The notes: a model not told the origin generated them from the sequence alone. A stretch of 32,000 nucleotides of DNA from Pseudomonas aeruginosa (GCF_001457615.1 NZ_LN831024.1:3060001-3092000); one strand, 5' to 3'; positions 15,943-26,082 are shown, counted from the stretch's first letter. A program made the numbers and translations.

Positions 15943-17426
15943 TTCTGGTAGCACACCGGGCGCAGGAAACGGTCGATGGCCAGGGTGCCCACCGAGGTGC
16001 CGCGGGCGTCCGAAGTGGCCGGGTACGGGCCGCCGTGGACCATCGCGTCGCAGACTTCCACGCCGGTCGGGTAGCCGTTGAGCAGCAGGCGTCCTGCCTT
16101 CTGTTCCAGGAGCGGTACCAGGTCGGCGAAGGACGCCAGGTCTTCCGCTTCGGCGATCAGGGTCGCGGTGAGCTGCCCGTGCAGCCCATGCAGCGCGCGC
16201 TTCAGTTCGGCGTGGTCGGCGACCTCGACGACCACGCTGGCCGGGCCGAAGACTTCTTCCTGCAGCAACTCGTCGCCCTCCAGCAGCAGGCTGACGTCCG
16301 CCTGGAACAGTTGCGGCCGGGCCTGGCGGCCCTCCTGCGGTTGCCCGGCGAGATGGCGGACGCGCGGGTGGGCGTGCAGCGCCGCCAGGCCTTTTTCATA
16401 GCTGGCCAGCGTGCCGGCGTTGAGCATGGTCTGCGCCGGCTGGTCGTCCATGCGGGCGGCGAAGCGTTCGAGGAACGCCGAGAATTGCGCAGAGCGGATG
16501 CCGATGACCAGCCCGGGATTGGTACAGAACTGGCCGCAGCCGAGCACCACCGAGGCACTCAGTTCGTCGGCCACGGCCTCGCCGCGCTTCTTCAGCGCCG
16601 CCGGCAGCAGCACCACCGGGTTGATGCTGCTCATCTCGGCGAACACCGGGATCGGCTGCGCCCGGGCGGCCGCCATGTCGCAGAGGGCGCGGCCGCCCTT
16701 CAGCGAACCGGTGAAGCCGACCGCCTGGATCGCGGGGTGGCGTACCAGCCGCTCCCCTACTCCGCCGCCGTAGATCATGTTGAACACGCCCGCCGGCATG
16801 CCGGTGCGCTCGGCCGCGCGGAGGATCGCCGCGGCGACCCGTTCGGCGGTGGCCATGTGTCCGCTGTGCGCCTTGAACACCACCGGGCAGCCGGCGGCCA
16901 GGGCCGCGGCGGTATCGCCGCCGGCGGTGGAGAACGCCAGGGGGAAGTTGCTCGCGCCGAACACCGCCACCGGGCCGAGGCCGATCCGGCACTGGCGCAG
17001 GTCGACGCGTGGCAGCGGCTTGCGTTCGGGCCGGGCGCGGTCGATGCGCGCGCCATGGAAGTCGCCGCGCCGCAGGACTTCGGCGAACAGGCGCAGCTGG
17101 CCGCTGGTGCGGCTGCGTTCGCCCTGGATGCGCGTGGCCGGTAGCGCGGTTTCACGGCAGACGATGGCGACGAAATCGTCGTCCAGCGCGTCGAGTTCGG
17201 CGGCGATGGTATCGAGGAATTCCGCGCGGCGGCTGGCCGGCAGTTGCCGGTAGTGCGGGTAGGCGCTGGCGGCGGCTTCGGCGGCGGCGTCCACTTCTTC
17301 CGGGGTGGCTTGCACGAAGCGGTACGGCAGCGCCTCACCGCTGGCGGCGTCGAGGCTTTGCAGGAAGAGCGTGCCGGCCGCGCTGCGGGCGCCGCCGATG
17401 AAGTTGTGTCCGAGGATGGCTGTCAT
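15843..17426 (-). CDS. 2,5-dioxovalerate (alpha-ketoglutaric semialdehyde) dehydrogenase-type aldehyde dehydrogenase
   Basis: 527 aa; GPVAVFGASNFPLAFSTAGGDTAAALAAGCPVVFKAH, VGFTGS, catalytic region GCGQFCTNPGL typical of the KGSADH/AldDH branch. Confidence 0.85.
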   Translation of the reverse strand: MTAILGHNFIGGARSAAGTLFLQSLDAASGEALPYRFVQATPEEVDAAAEAAASAYPHYRQLPASRRAEFLDTIAAELDALDDDFVAIVCRETALPATRIQGERSRTSGQLRLFAEVLRRGDFHGARIDRARPERKPLPRVDLRQCRIGLGPVAVFGASNFPLAFSTAGGDTAAALAAGCPVVFKAHSGHMATAERVAAAILRAAERTGMPAGVFNMIYGGGVGERLVRHPAIQAVGFTGSLKGGRALCDMAAARAQPIPVFAEMSSINPVVLLPAALKKRGEAVADELSASVVLGCGQFCTNPGLVIGIRSAQFSAFLERFAARMDDQPAQTMLNAGTLASYEKGLAALHAHPRVRHLAGQPQEGRQARPQLFQADVSLLLEGDELLQEEVFGPASVVVEVADHAELKRALHGLHGQLTATLIAEAEDLASFADLVPLLEQKAGRLLLNGYPTGVEVCDAMVHGGPYPATSDARGTSVGTLAIDRFLRPVCYQNYPDAWLPEALKDGNPLGIARLVDGVGTRAAID

Positions 17427-17553
17427 GTCGACCTCATACAGGGGAAGCCCCGCCGGGGATGGCCGGCGGGGTTGGAGCCAAGGCTCCGCAGGAATGAAGG
17501 AAACCGTGCCGCGGGTCTCTCGTGAAGGTCTCGCCCATGCACGGCGGCGGAAC

Positions 17554-18549
17554 TCAGAGCGCTACCACCCGCCCCGGCGTCAGTGCGGTCTCGACGGCGG
17601 CGATGCCATTGCGCAGCGGCGCGCCGAACTCGGCCATGGCGATCTCGAAGACATCCCCCGGAGCAGCCTTGATCCCGTCGGCGAAGGACAGCGTGGCGGT
17701 ACCGAAGTAATGCACGTGGACGTCGCCCGGACGGAGGAACTGCGCGTACTTGAAATGGTGGTACTCGAGGTTCTCCAGGCTGTGGCACATGTTGTCCTCG
17801 CCGGAAAGGAACGCCTGCTGCCAGAGCACTTCGCCGTCGCGCAGGATCCGGCTCTCGCCCTGCAGGTGGCGCGGCAGTTCGCCGACCCGCAGCTCCGGCC
17901 CGTAGCAGCAGGCGCGTAGCTTGGAATGCGCCAGGTACAGGTAGTTGCGGCGCTCCATCAGGTGGTCGGAGAACTCGTTGCCCAGGGCGTAGCCGAGCCG
18001 GTAAGGCCGGCGGTCATCGCCGATCAGGTAGAGCCCGACCAGCTCCGGTTCCTCGCCGGCGTCCTCGGCGAAGGCCGGTAGCGGGAAGTCCGCGCCGGGG
18101 CGCACGACGATGCCGCCGTCGCCCTTGTAGAACCATTCGGGCTGCGCGCCGACCTGGCCCGCCGGTGGCTTGCCGCCCTCCAGGCCCCACCTGAAGATGC
18201 GCATGGTGTCGGTCAGCGCGGTCTCGTCGCCCTGGTTCTGCTGGTGCATGCGGTCGCGCGTCGCGGCGCTGCCCAGGTGGGTCAGGCCGGTGCCGCTGAC
18301 CAGGCAATGGGCCGGGTCGTCATGATCCAGCGGCGGCAGCACCCTTCCCTCCTCCAGCAACCCGGCATAGTCCGGGCCTGGCTCGCTGCCTCGGCGCAGC
18401 ACCTCGTCGTGCAGGCCGCTGCCCGCGCGAATCGCCGCCAGCCCCAGTTCGCGCGTGCTGCGCACGCCGCGCAGCACCTGTATCCCGGCGCCTTCGACGA
18501 CGCCGACCCGGCGCTGCCCTGCCCGGTCCTCGAATTGAATCAGCCGCAT
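17554..18549 (-). CDS. FAH-superfamily AraD1-like protein (2-keto-3-deoxy-pentonate dehydratase type)
   Basis: 331 aa; GTGLTHLGSAATRDRMH, GLEGGKP..GQVGAQPEWFYKGDG, GNEFSDH motifs. Neighbours KGSADH and a sugar-acid dehydratase. Confidence 0.78.
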   Translation of the reverse strand: MRLIQFEDRAGQRRVGVVEGAGIQVLRGVRSTRELGLAAIRAGSGLHDEVLRRGSEPGPDYAGLLEEGRVLPPLDHDDPAHCLVSGTGLTHLGSAATRDRMHQQNQGDETALTDTMRIFRWGLEGGKPPAGQVGAQPEWFYKGDGGIVVRPGADFPLPAFAEDAGEEPELVGLYLIGDDRRPYRLGYALGNEFSDHLMERRNYLYLAHSKLRACCYGPELRVGELPRHLQGESRILRDGEVLWQQAFLSGEDNMCHSLENLEYHHFKYAQFLRPGDVHVHYFGTATLSFADGIKAAPGDVFEIAMAEFGAPLRNGIAAVETALTPGRVVAL

Positions 18550-18576
18550 CTCGGCTCCTCCTGTGGGCTCCGACTA

Positions 18577-19752
18577 TCACTCGATGATGATGAAATCCTT
18601 GAGGTGCTCTTCGGATATCTCCAGGCCCAGGCCGGGCTTGTGGTCGTCCAGCTGGATATAGCCGTCGACCGGCTGCGGCTCGCCCTTGAACACGTAGTAG
18701 AACAGCTCGTTGCCGACCTCGACGTCGAACACCGGGAAGAACTCGGCCATCGGCGAGGCGGTGCTGGCCATGGTCAGGTGATAGTTGTGCAACTGTCCGG
18801 CGTGCGGGATCACCGGCACCGACCAGGCCTCGGCCATGGCGTTGATCTTGCGCGCGGCGGTGATCCCGCCGACGCGGTTGGTGTCGTACTGGATGACGTC
18901 CACCGCGCGGCGCTCCAGCAGGTCCTTGAAGCCGTGGCCGGTGAATTCGTGCTCGCCGCCGGAGATCGGCATGATCCCCATCTTCTTCAGCTCGACGTAG
19001 CCCTCGATGTCATCGGCGATCACCGGCTCCTCCAGCCAGCGCGGTTCGAACTCGGCGAGCTTCGGCAGCATCCGCCGGGCGTATTCCAGGGTCCAGCCCA
19101 TGTAGCATTCGAGCATGATGTCGATGTCCGGCCCGGCCAGTTCGCGTAGCGCGCGGACCTGCTCGATGTTCCTGCGCATGCCCGTCGGGCCGTCCTTGGG
19201 GCCATAGCCGAAGCGCATCTTCAGCGCGGTGAAGCCCTGGTTCAGGTAGCCCTGGGCCTCTTCGAGGAAGGCGTCGAGGTTGTCGTTGGCGTAGAGCTTC
19301 GAGGCGTAGGTCCAGATCTTCTCCTTGGTGCGGCCGCCGAGCAGCTTGAACACCGGCTTGTTCACCGCCTTGCCCATGATGTCCCAGATCGCCAGGTCCA
19401 CCGCCGAGATGGCTGCCATGCCGATGCCCTTGCGGCCCCAGGCGTGGGTGCGGCGATACATCTTCTGCCAGATGTACTCGTTGTCGAACGGGTCTTCGCC
19501 GATGCAGATCGGCGCCAGGTAGAGGTCGACGATTTCCTTCGCCACGCGCGGCGCCAGGGCGCAGTTGCCGATGCCGACGAGGCCGTCGTCGGTCTCGATC
19601 TCTACCACCAGCCAGCCGTGGAAGCGGAACGAACCCATGGCGTCTCCCTTCTCGAACAGGATGTCGCTGGCATTGGTGCAGAAGTGCGCCTGCGGCGGGA
19701 CGACCTTGCCCTTCCATTCGAAGACGCGGGTACGGACGGATTTGATTTTCAT
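18577..19752 (-). CDS. Enolase superfamily (mandelate racemase family) sugar-acid dehydratase, L-rhamnonate/L-lyxonate dehydratase-like
   Basis: 391 aa; [66 protein letters not shown]. Confidence 0.82.
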   Translation of the reverse strand: MKIKSVRTRVFEWKGKVVPPQAHFCTNASDILFEKGDAMGSFRFHGWLVVEIETDDGLVGIGNCALAPRVAKEIVDLYLAPICIGEDPFDNEYIWQKMYRRTHAWGRKGIGMAAISAVDLAIWDIMGKAVNKPVFKLLGGRTKEKIWTYASKLYANDNLDAFLEEAQGYLNQGFTALKMRFGYGPKDGPTGMRRNIEQVRALRELAGPDIDIMLECYMGWTLEYARRMLPKLAEFEPRWLEEPVIADDIEGYVELKKMGIMPISGGEHEFTGHGFKDLLERRAVDVIQYDTNRVGGITAARKINAMAEAWSVPVIPHAGQLHNYHLTMASTASPMAEFFPVFDVEVGNELFYYVFKGEPQPVDGYIQLDDHKPGLGLEISEEHLKDFIIIE

Positions 19753-19782
19753 GTCGCAGCTCCTATCGGTGCGTAGTGTGGG

Positions 19783-21105
19783 TCAGCCGGCCTGCCGCGC
19801 TCGCAGCGGGACGGACGACGATCCGGAAGTCTTCAGCCGGGCCAGCAGGCAGGCGCCGAGCAGGCCGACGGCGGCCAGGGCGAACATGCCGGCGCGCGGG
19901 TCGGCGAACTGGCTTTCCATGAGGGTCTTGAGGTTCGGCGCGACGAAGCCGCCGAGGTTGCCCAGGGAGTTGACCAGGGCGATGCCGCTGGCCGCGGCCG
20001 CACCGCTCAGGTAGCCGGTGGGAAGGGTCCAGAACAGCGGCTGCACCGAGACGAAGCCGGACGCGGCGAAGCAGAAGGCGATCACCGCCAGGCCCAGGTT
20101 GCCGGCCAGCGCCGAGGCGGCGATACCGGCTGCGGCCATGCCCAGCATGGCCACCGCGAGCTGGCGATGCTGGCCGCTGCGGTCGGCCTGGCGGGTCACC
20201 AGGCGCGTTACCACCAGGGCGCAGACCCAGGGAATCGCGGTGATCAGGCCGACGTTCAGGCCGACCTGGCCGTCGAGGAAGCTGGCGATGCGGGTCGGCA
20301 GGTAGAACACCACGCCGTACACGCTCATCTGGATGGTGAAGTAGACCAGGCAGAACTTCAGCACCTGGCCGCTGCGCAGGGCGCTGAGGAAGCCGTGCGG
20401 GCCGCGTGCCTGTTTGCGGGTGTCTTCTTCGGCCAGCTCGCCTTCCAGCGCCCGCTTCTGCTCGTCGCTCAGCCAGCCGGCATCGCGCGGGCGGTCGACC
20501 AGGTAGAAGTAGGCGGCAATGCCGACCAGCGAGGCCAGCAGGCCCTCGGTGACGAACAGCCACTGCCAGTTGGCCAGGCCGAAGATGCCGTGGAACTCCA
20601 GCAGCCAGCCGGACAGCGGACCGCCCAGCACCAGCGCCAGCGGCAGGCCGAAATAGAACAGGCCGAGCGCCTGGGCACGGCTGCGCTGCGGGAACCAGTA
20701 GGTGAGGTAGAGGATGATGCCGGGGAAGAAGCCCGCCTCGGCGACGCCCAGCAGGAAGCGCAGGACATAGAAAGTCATGGCGTCGTCGGCGAACATCATC
20801 GCCGCCGAGACCAGGCCCCAGGTGACCATGATCCTGCACAGCCAGACCCTGGCGCCGAGGCGGTGCAGCATCAGGTTGCTGGGTACCTCGAAGCAGGCAT
20901 AGCCGATGAAGAAGATGCTCGCGCCGAACGCGAAGGCGGCATCGCCGAGGCCGGTGTCGGCTTGCAGGAAGGCCCGCGCGTAACCGACGTTGGCCCGGTC
21001 GATGAAAGCCAGTACATACATCAGGACCAGGAAAGGCAGGAGCCGCAGGCGGCTGGTGGCGATCGCCGAGGACAGCAGCCTGGCGTGGTCGTTCATGGCG
21101 CTCAT
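19783..21105 (-). CDS. MFS transporter, anion:cation symporter family
   Basis: 440 aa; LVLMYVLAFIDRANVGYA, 12-TM pattern. Start 21105 preceded by AAGGAAG. Confidence 0.88.
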   Translation of the reverse strand: MSAMNDHARLLSSAIATSRLRLLPFLVLMYVLAFIDRANVGYARAFLQADTGLGDAAFAFGASIFFIGYACFEVPSNLMLHRLGARVWLCRIMVTWGLVSAAMMFADDAMTFYVLRFLLGVAEAGFFPGIILYLTYWFPQRSRAQALGLFYFGLPLALVLGGPLSGWLLEFHGIFGLANWQWLFVTEGLLASLVGIAAYFYLVDRPRDAGWLSDEQKRALEGELAEEDTRKQARGPHGFLSALRSGQVLKFCLVYFTIQMSVYGVVFYLPTRIASFLDGQVGLNVGLITAIPWVCALVVTRLVTRQADRSGQHRQLAVAMLGMAAAGIAASALAGNLGLAVIAFCFAASGFVSVQPLFWTLPTGYLSGAAAASGIALVNSLGNLGGFVAPNLKTLMESQFADPRAGMFALAAVGLLGACLLARLKTSGSSSVPLRARQAG

Positions 21106-21114
21106 GGAGGGCTT

Positions 21115-21130
21115 CCTTCTTGTTGTTGTT
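21115..21130 (-). promoter_or_regulatory. CA motif upstream of the MFS gene starting at 21105
   Basis: Minus strand AACAACAACAAGAAGG just before the SD. Confidence 0.5.
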
Positions 21131-21214
21131 CGACGCGGAGGCGGCATGGCCGCTTGCGTTGGGCCGACTGTAGCCAGGCCGCTCCCGCGCGGATAATCAC
21201 TTCTGCGCATTCAT

Positions 21215-21265
21215 CGATAACCCCAGGCAATACCTTTTAACCAATCAGCCAATCGCCGGTTATCG
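21215..21265. promoter_or_regulatory. Inverted half-site pair, candidate operator for the 21105-to-15843 operon
   Basis: CGATAACC (21215-21222) and GGTTATCG (21258-21265), 43 nt centre-to-centre. Same half-sites recur at 26.1 kb. Confidence 0.45.
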
Positions 21266-21290
21266 GGCAGCAGCGAGAACGGCCCTGCGC

Positions 21291-22541
21291 TCAGAGCAGC
21301 GGCAGGGAATACGAGAGGATCAGGCGGTTCTCGTCGACATCGGCGGCATGGTTGGACCGCAGCATGGCGTTGCGCCAACGCAGGCCGAGGTTCTTCAGCG
21401 GGCCGCTCTGGATCACGTAGGCGACGTCCACGTCGCGTTCCCAGGCGCGGCCGTCGTCCATCGCCTTCGTCCGGGCATGGGCGCCGTTGGCGTAGCGGGC
21501 CATGGCGGTCAGCCCGGGAATGCCCAGGGCGACGAAGTCGTAGTCGTAGCGCAGTTGCCAGGAGCGCTCGCCGGCGCTGGTGAAGTTGCGCACCTGGATG
21601 TCGTTGACCAACGGCGTGCTGGTGCCGGCGATGTAGAGCATCCCGTCGTCGCCGTACATGCGCTGGTAGCCGGCGCCGAGGCTGTGGCCGCCGCGGGTCG
21701 CGCTGAAGAAACCGGTCAGCGCGCGATTCTCCAGTTCCCCGAGCTTCGCGGCACCTTCGTCGCGCGTGTCGAAGAGCCCGACGCTGACGCCCAGGCGCCA
21801 GCCGCCGAAGCTCTGCTTGTGGCTCAAGCTGTAGTAGTCCTGCCGGTAGATGTCTTGCAGTCGCGCCTGCCACAGCCCGACCTGGCTGCGCTCGGCATTG
21901 AAGCGGTACTCCGCGCCCAGGTAGTCGAAACGGTCGGAGAACGCCCCGCCGCGCCCATCCACCGAGAGGTCCTGGTGGTCGCTGGAGTTGCGCTGGCTGA
22001 GCGAACGCATCTGCCCGCCGTGCAGGGTCAGGCCGGCGATTTCCCTGGAGGTCAGCATGCCGCCCTGGAAGGTCTGTGGCAGCAGGCGGCCGTCGTTGCG
22101 CAGGAGGATTGGCAGTTCCGGCAGCAGTTCGCCGAGCTTCAGCTCGGTATTCGACAGCTTCAGCTTCGGCGCCACGCCCAGTCGCGCGTAGTCGTCCGCT
22201 GCGCGTCCGTCGGCGTGGCGTGGCAGCAGCCCGGAGCCAGCACGATCAGGGCTGCTGTCGAGCTTCAGGCCGAGCTGGCCGAGCAGCTCGACGCCGAGGC
22301 CCAGGGTGCCCTGGGTATAGCCGGACTTCGCCTGTAGGAGAAAGCCTTGGGCCCACTCCTCCTGTTTCGACTGCGCCGCGCCGGGCTGGCGGAAGTCGCG
22401 ATTGAAATAGAGATTGCGCAGGCCGAGGCTGACGCTGGCGTCTTCGATAAAGCCCTCGGCGCCGGCGAGCGACGGCAGGCCGGCCAGCAGGACCGGAGCG
22501 AGCGAGGCGGATTTCAGCAGGTTCGGAGCGGAACGGGTCAT
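21291..22541 (-). CDS. OprD-family outer-membrane porin
   Basis: 416 aa; signal peptide ending SLAGA, EGFIEDASVSLGLRNLYFNRDFR, C-terminal NRLILSYSLPLL. Confidence 0.88.
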   Translation of the reverse strand: MTRSAPNLLKSASLAPVLLAGLPSLAGAEGFIEDASVSLGLRNLYFNRDFRQPGAAQSKQEEWAQGFLLQAKSGYTQGTLGLGVELLGQLGLKLDSSPDRAGSGLLPRHADGRAADDYARLGVAPKLKLSNTELKLGELLPELPILLRNDGRLLPQTFQGGMLTSREIAGLTLHGGQMRSLSQRNSSDHQDLSVDGRGGAFSDRFDYLGAEYRFNAERSQVGLWQARLQDIYRQDYYSLSHKQSFGGWRLGVSVGLFDTRDEGAAKLGELENRALTGFFSATRGGHSLGAGYQRMYGDDGMLYIAGTSTPLVNDIQVRNFTSAGERSWQLRYDYDFVALGIPGLTAMARYANGAHARTKAMDDGRAWERDVDVAYVIQSGPLKNLGLRWRNAMLRSNHAADVDENRLILSYSLPLL

Positions 22542-22552
22542 TGTTGTTTTTC
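22541..22552 (-). promoter_or_regulatory. CA motif at the porin start codon
   Basis: Minus strand AAAAACAACAATG reading into the ATG. Confidence 0.5.
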
Positions 22553-22713
22553 CTTTTCCCAGGCCGAAGCGAGCCGTGGAGCGCTGCGGCTCCAGGCGAT
22601 GTGTCTCTCGTCGAAGGTGCGACGCCTCCTGCCCCGCCGCGACGGTACAGGGAGGCGCCAGGGAGCGCGTTACGAAGGGGCGGCGCTCTGGTTGTCGCGT
22701 CGCATGCAGGCGA

Positions 22714-23727
22714 TCAGGCTTTGCGCCTGCCCATCCGGCAGGCGATCTCGAACGCCTGGCGGGTGGCGCCGACGTCGGCCCTTCCCTGCCCGGCGATATC
22801 GAAGGCGGTACCGTGGGCCGGCGTAGCGATGGGGATCGGCAGGCCGCCCTGGACGGTCACGCCGCGGGAGAAGCCCATCAGCTTGATCGCGATCTGCCCC
22901 TGGTCGTGGTACATGGTCACCACCGCGTCGAAGGCACGGGCGTCGCCCTGCACCTTGAGGAAAATGGTGTCGGCGGGATACGGGCCGTCGGCGGCGATCC
23001 CCTGTTCGCGCGCCTTCTGCACCGCCGGAGCGATGATGTCCAGCTCCTCGCGGCCGAAGCTGCCGTTGTCGCCGTTGTGCGGGTTCAGTCCGCAGACGCC
23101 GATGCGCGGCCGCGCCAGGCCGCTGCGGCGCAGCGCGTCGTCGATCAGGCGGATCGCCTCCCCTACCCGCTCCTGGCTGAGCAGGCCCGGCACCTCGGCC
23201 AGGGCTACGTGGGAGGTCACCCGCGAGGTCCAGAGGTCGTCGAGGACGTTGAACTCGCAGAACGGGCCGCCGAACCCCAGGCGCTCGGCGAACCAGTGCA
23301 ACTCGTCGCTGTGGTCCATGCCGGCCATGTGCAGCGAGGTCTTGTTCAGCGGGCCGAAGAGGATCGCATCGGTCCTGCCGCTGCGGGTCAGTTCGAGGGC
23401 CAGCGCGAGGGTCTCCAGGCTGTAGCGGCCACCGACGGCGCTCGCTTCGCTGCGTGGGAACTCGTCCCCGCCCTGGCTGAGCCAGGGATGCAGCAGTGGC
23501 GTGGCGTCGGCGAAATCCAGGGTCTCCAGCGCGTCGATGCGCCGGTAGGGGAATTCGCAGCCGGCGATGCGCATGCCGCGACGCATTTCCGCTTCGTCGG
23601 CGATCAGCACGATGTGCGCCTTCTCGCGCACCTCGGTGTCGGCCAGCAGGCGGGCGATCAGTTCCGGGCCGATGCCGGCCGGATCGCCCAGGACCATGGC
23701 CAGTCGCGGTAGGGATGGAGCGTTCAT
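22714..23727 (-). CDS. 4-hydroxythreonine-4-phosphate dehydrogenase family (PdxA2-like)
   Basis: 337 aa; LGDPAGIGPEL, GPLNKTSLHMAG, MYHDQGQIAIK, PHGTAFDIAGQGRAD-type end (here PAHGTAFDIAGQG). Confidence 0.87.
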   Translation of the reverse strand: MNAPSLPRLAMVLGDPAGIGPELIARLLADTEVREKAHIVLIADEAEMRRGMRIAGCEFPYRRIDALETLDFADATPLLHPWLSQGGDEFPRSEASAVGGRYSLETLALALELTRSGRTDAILFGPLNKTSLHMAGMDHSDELHWFAERLGFGGPFCEFNVLDDLWTSRVTSHVALAEVPGLLSQERVGEAIRLIDDALRRSGLARPRIGVCGLNPHNGDNGSFGREELDIIAPAVQKAREQGIAADGPYPADTIFLKVQGDARAFDAVVTMYHDQGQIAIKLMGFSRGVTVQGGLPIPIATPAHGTAFDIAGQGRADVGATRQAFEIACRMGRRKA

Positions 23728-24683
23728 GGGGAAGTCCTCGGGTCGGGCGACGCCTGCTGCAGGCGCACGGTGTCGGGTACGGTGCGGTAGATGCGCCGCG
23801 CGTTGCTATGGAAAAGCCGTTCCTGGTCGGCGTACGGCAGGTCGGCGACGATGCGTTTGAAACCGCCATAGATGTCGTCGAACGAGCCGCACAGGCTGTC
23901 CACCGGGAAGTTGCTGGCGAACATCGCCCGCTCGACGCCGAACAGGGCGATGCTTTCGCGGACGATCCAGGCGTTGTCCTCGACGCTCCAGCGCCGGCCG
24001 GCCTGGCCGATGCCGGAGATCTTCAACGCCACGTTGGGGCATTCGGCGAAGCGCGCCATGGCCCGTTGCCAGGCGGCCAGCCCCTCCTCGCTGCGATCGG
24101 ACGGCAGGCCGGCGTGGTTGAGCACGATCAGCGTATCGGGGAAGTCGCGCGCCAGGCATGCGGCCTCGGCGAGGTTCCACCAGGGTGTCTGCAGGTCGAA
24201 GTGCAGGCCGTGCCGGGCCAGCTCGGCATAGCCGCGACGCCAGCGCTCGTCGCTCATCAGGCTGCGCAGCTCGCCGACCTGTTGCGGGCGTTGCGGACCG
24301 CCGGGCTTGTGGCGGACGCTGCGGACCCGTGCGAAGCCCGCCTGCGCCGCCAGCACCTCGGCGGCGTCCGGCGCGTCCAGCCAGGCCTGCGCCACCACCG
24401 CGTGGGGCGCGCCATGGCGTTCGGCGAGGTGATGCACGAAGCGGGTTTCGCCGAGCGGATCGCGCGGGTCCCACTCGGTTTCCACGTAGACCGTCTCGAC
24501 CACCCGGTGTGCGCCGACGTCGCCGAAGTAGTCCGCCGGCAGGTAGCGGCGCTTGATCGCGCTGTAGTCGCCGTAGCGGAACGGAATCTTGGCGTCCTCC
24601 GCGAGCCAGGGGTGGTAGTTCGCCTGCGGGTCCCAGAAATGATGATGGGCGTCGACGATCGGCCCGTCGTACAGCTCAGCCAT
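23724..24683 (-). CDS. COG3618-type amidohydrolase (predicted sugar-acid lactonase)
   Basis: 319 aa; VDAHHHFWDP, VYVETEWDP, LNHAG, FASNFPVDS. ATGA-type overlap with the PdxA2-like gene. Confidence 0.82.
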   Translation of the reverse strand: MAELYDGPIVDAHHHFWDPQANYHPWLAEDAKIPFRYGDYSAIKRRYLPADYFGDVGAHRVVETVYVETEWDPRDPLGETRFVHHLAERHGAPHAVVAQAWLDAPDAAEVLAAQAGFARVRSVRHKPGGPQRPQQVGELRSLMSDERWRRGYAELARHGLHFDLQTPWWNLAEAACLARDFPDTLIVLNHAGLPSDRSEEGLAAWQRAMARFAECPNVALKISGIGQAGRRWSVEDNAWIVRESIALFGVERAMFASNFPVDSLCGSFDDIYGGFKRIVADLPYADQERLFHSNARRIYRTVPDTVRLQQASPDPRTSP

Positions 24684-26001
24684 GCTTTGCCTCGGTCTTG
24701 TCCAGGGAAATCAGCAGGGTGCCGGCGATGAAGGCTGCCGAGCAGAGGGCGAAGAAGCCCAGCACCGCGGCATATCCGCCCAGGTGTTGCAGCAGCAGCC
24801 CGACCAGGATCGGCACGGCGATGCCGCCGAGGCTGCCGGCCATGTTCATCACCCCGCCGACCAGGCCGACCCGGGCCGGAGCGGCGAGCAAGGCCGGAAA
24901 GCTCCAGTACAGGCTGCCCCACATCAGGAAGAAGGCGGTCAGCGCCAGCAGGGTCACGGCGGCATAGGCATCTTCCAGGCTCGGCAACAGCAGGAAGGCG
25001 ACCAGCGCCGCGAGGCCCGAGACCGTCAGCAGGCCCTTGGCCGCCAGGCCGCGGCGCACGCCCTTGCGGATCAGCAGGTCGCAGAGGAAGCCGCCGACCA
25101 GGGAACCGACGGCGCCGCAGAGGAAGATGACGAAGGTCGCGGCGCCGATACCCTTGATATCGAAACCGCGCGCCTGCGCCAGGTAGCTAGGACCCCAGGT
25201 CAGCAGGCCGAAGAACACCATGGCCCAACTGGCGCGGCCGAGGACGATACCGACCAGGGAGCGGCCGGCGATGCCCAGTCTTCCGCCGGCCTGGCAGTCC
25301 GCTTCGGCGAGCGGGGTGGTGCGGTCGGCGTTGATCCGGCCCAGCTCGGCGGCGTTGACCCCGGGATGCTCGGCCGGGTCGTCGCGCAGGTAGTGCCAGG
25401 CCAGCCAGGCCATGGCCAGGGTGGCGATGCCGGCGATGAAGAAGGCGCTGCGCCAGGAGCCGAGCACGGCGATCAGGTAGGCGATGACCAGTCCGCCGAG
25501 AGCGACGCCCAGCGGCCCTCCGCAGTCCATCAGCACGGCGCCGCGGCTGCGTTCGCTGGAGCCCAGCCACAGCGAGTTGAGCTTGCCGCCGGAGGGGAAC
25601 AGCGGCGCTTCCGCCGCGCCCAGGGCGACCCGGGCGAACATCAGCGACAGGCCGCCGCTGGCGAAGGCCGCGAGGGTCTGGAAGGCTCCCCAGAGGCCGG
25701 TGGACCAGCCGATCACCCGGCGCGGGCCGTAGCGGTCGATCAGCCAGCCGCCGGGAATCTGCAACAGCGCGTAGGCCCAGAAGAAGCTGCTGAGGATCAG
25801 CCCCTGCATGCTCGGCGTGAGCTGGAATTCACCGGCGATGGTGGGCATGGCGATGGACAGCGAGACCCGGTCGACCAGGTTGATCACCGTCAGGGCGAAG
25901 ACGATGGCGAAGATGCGCCAGCGGACGTTGCTGGGTTTTGCGGCAGTGGCCTTGTCCTGGGCAGGATCAGCCTGGAGCACGGCGGTCTGTGCCTGAGCCA
26001 T
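24676..26001 (-). CDS. Second MFS transporter, anion:cation symporter / sugar-acid type
   Basis: 441 aa from MAQAQTAVLQ; LTVINLVDRVSLSIAMPTIAGEF, 12-TM pattern. Overlaps the lactonase gene start. Confidence 0.87.
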   Translation of the reverse strand: MAQAQTAVLQADPAQDKATAAKPSNVRWRIFAIVFALTVINLVDRVSLSIAMPTIAGEFQLTPSMQGLILSSFFWAYALLQIPGGWLIDRYGPRRVIGWSTGLWGAFQTLAAFASGGLSLMFARVALGAAEAPLFPSGGKLNSLWLGSSERSRGAVLMDCGGPLGVALGGLVIAYLIAVLGSWRSAFFIAGIATLAMAWLAWHYLRDDPAEHPGVNAAELGRINADRTTPLAEADCQAGGRLGIAGRSLVGIVLGRASWAMVFFGLLTWGPSYLAQARGFDIKGIGAATFVIFLCGAVGSLVGGFLCDLLIRKGVRRGLAAKGLLTVSGLAALVAFLLLPSLEDAYAAVTLLALTAFFLMWGSLYWSFPALLAAPARVGLVGGVMNMAGSLGGIAVPILVGLLLQHLGGYAAVLGFFALCSAAFIAGTLLISLDKTEAKHG

Positions 26002-26010
26002 GGGTCGTAC

Positions 26011-26030
26011 CTCTTTTATTGTTGTTCTTG
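26011..26030 (-). promoter_or_regulatory. CA motif upstream of the MFS gene starting at 26001
   Basis: Minus strand CAAGAACAACAATAAAAGAG. Confidence 0.5.
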
Positions 26031-26082
26031 TGCTGCGGAACTGGGTTGGCAGGTCCGGCAGGCCCACTATCCGGCTTTCCAT

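Noticed and set aside
23496-24731. 411-aa plus-strand ORF antisense to the lactonase and PdxA2-like genes
   Set aside because: Both minus-strand proteins have clear family motifs and overlap-coupled starts.
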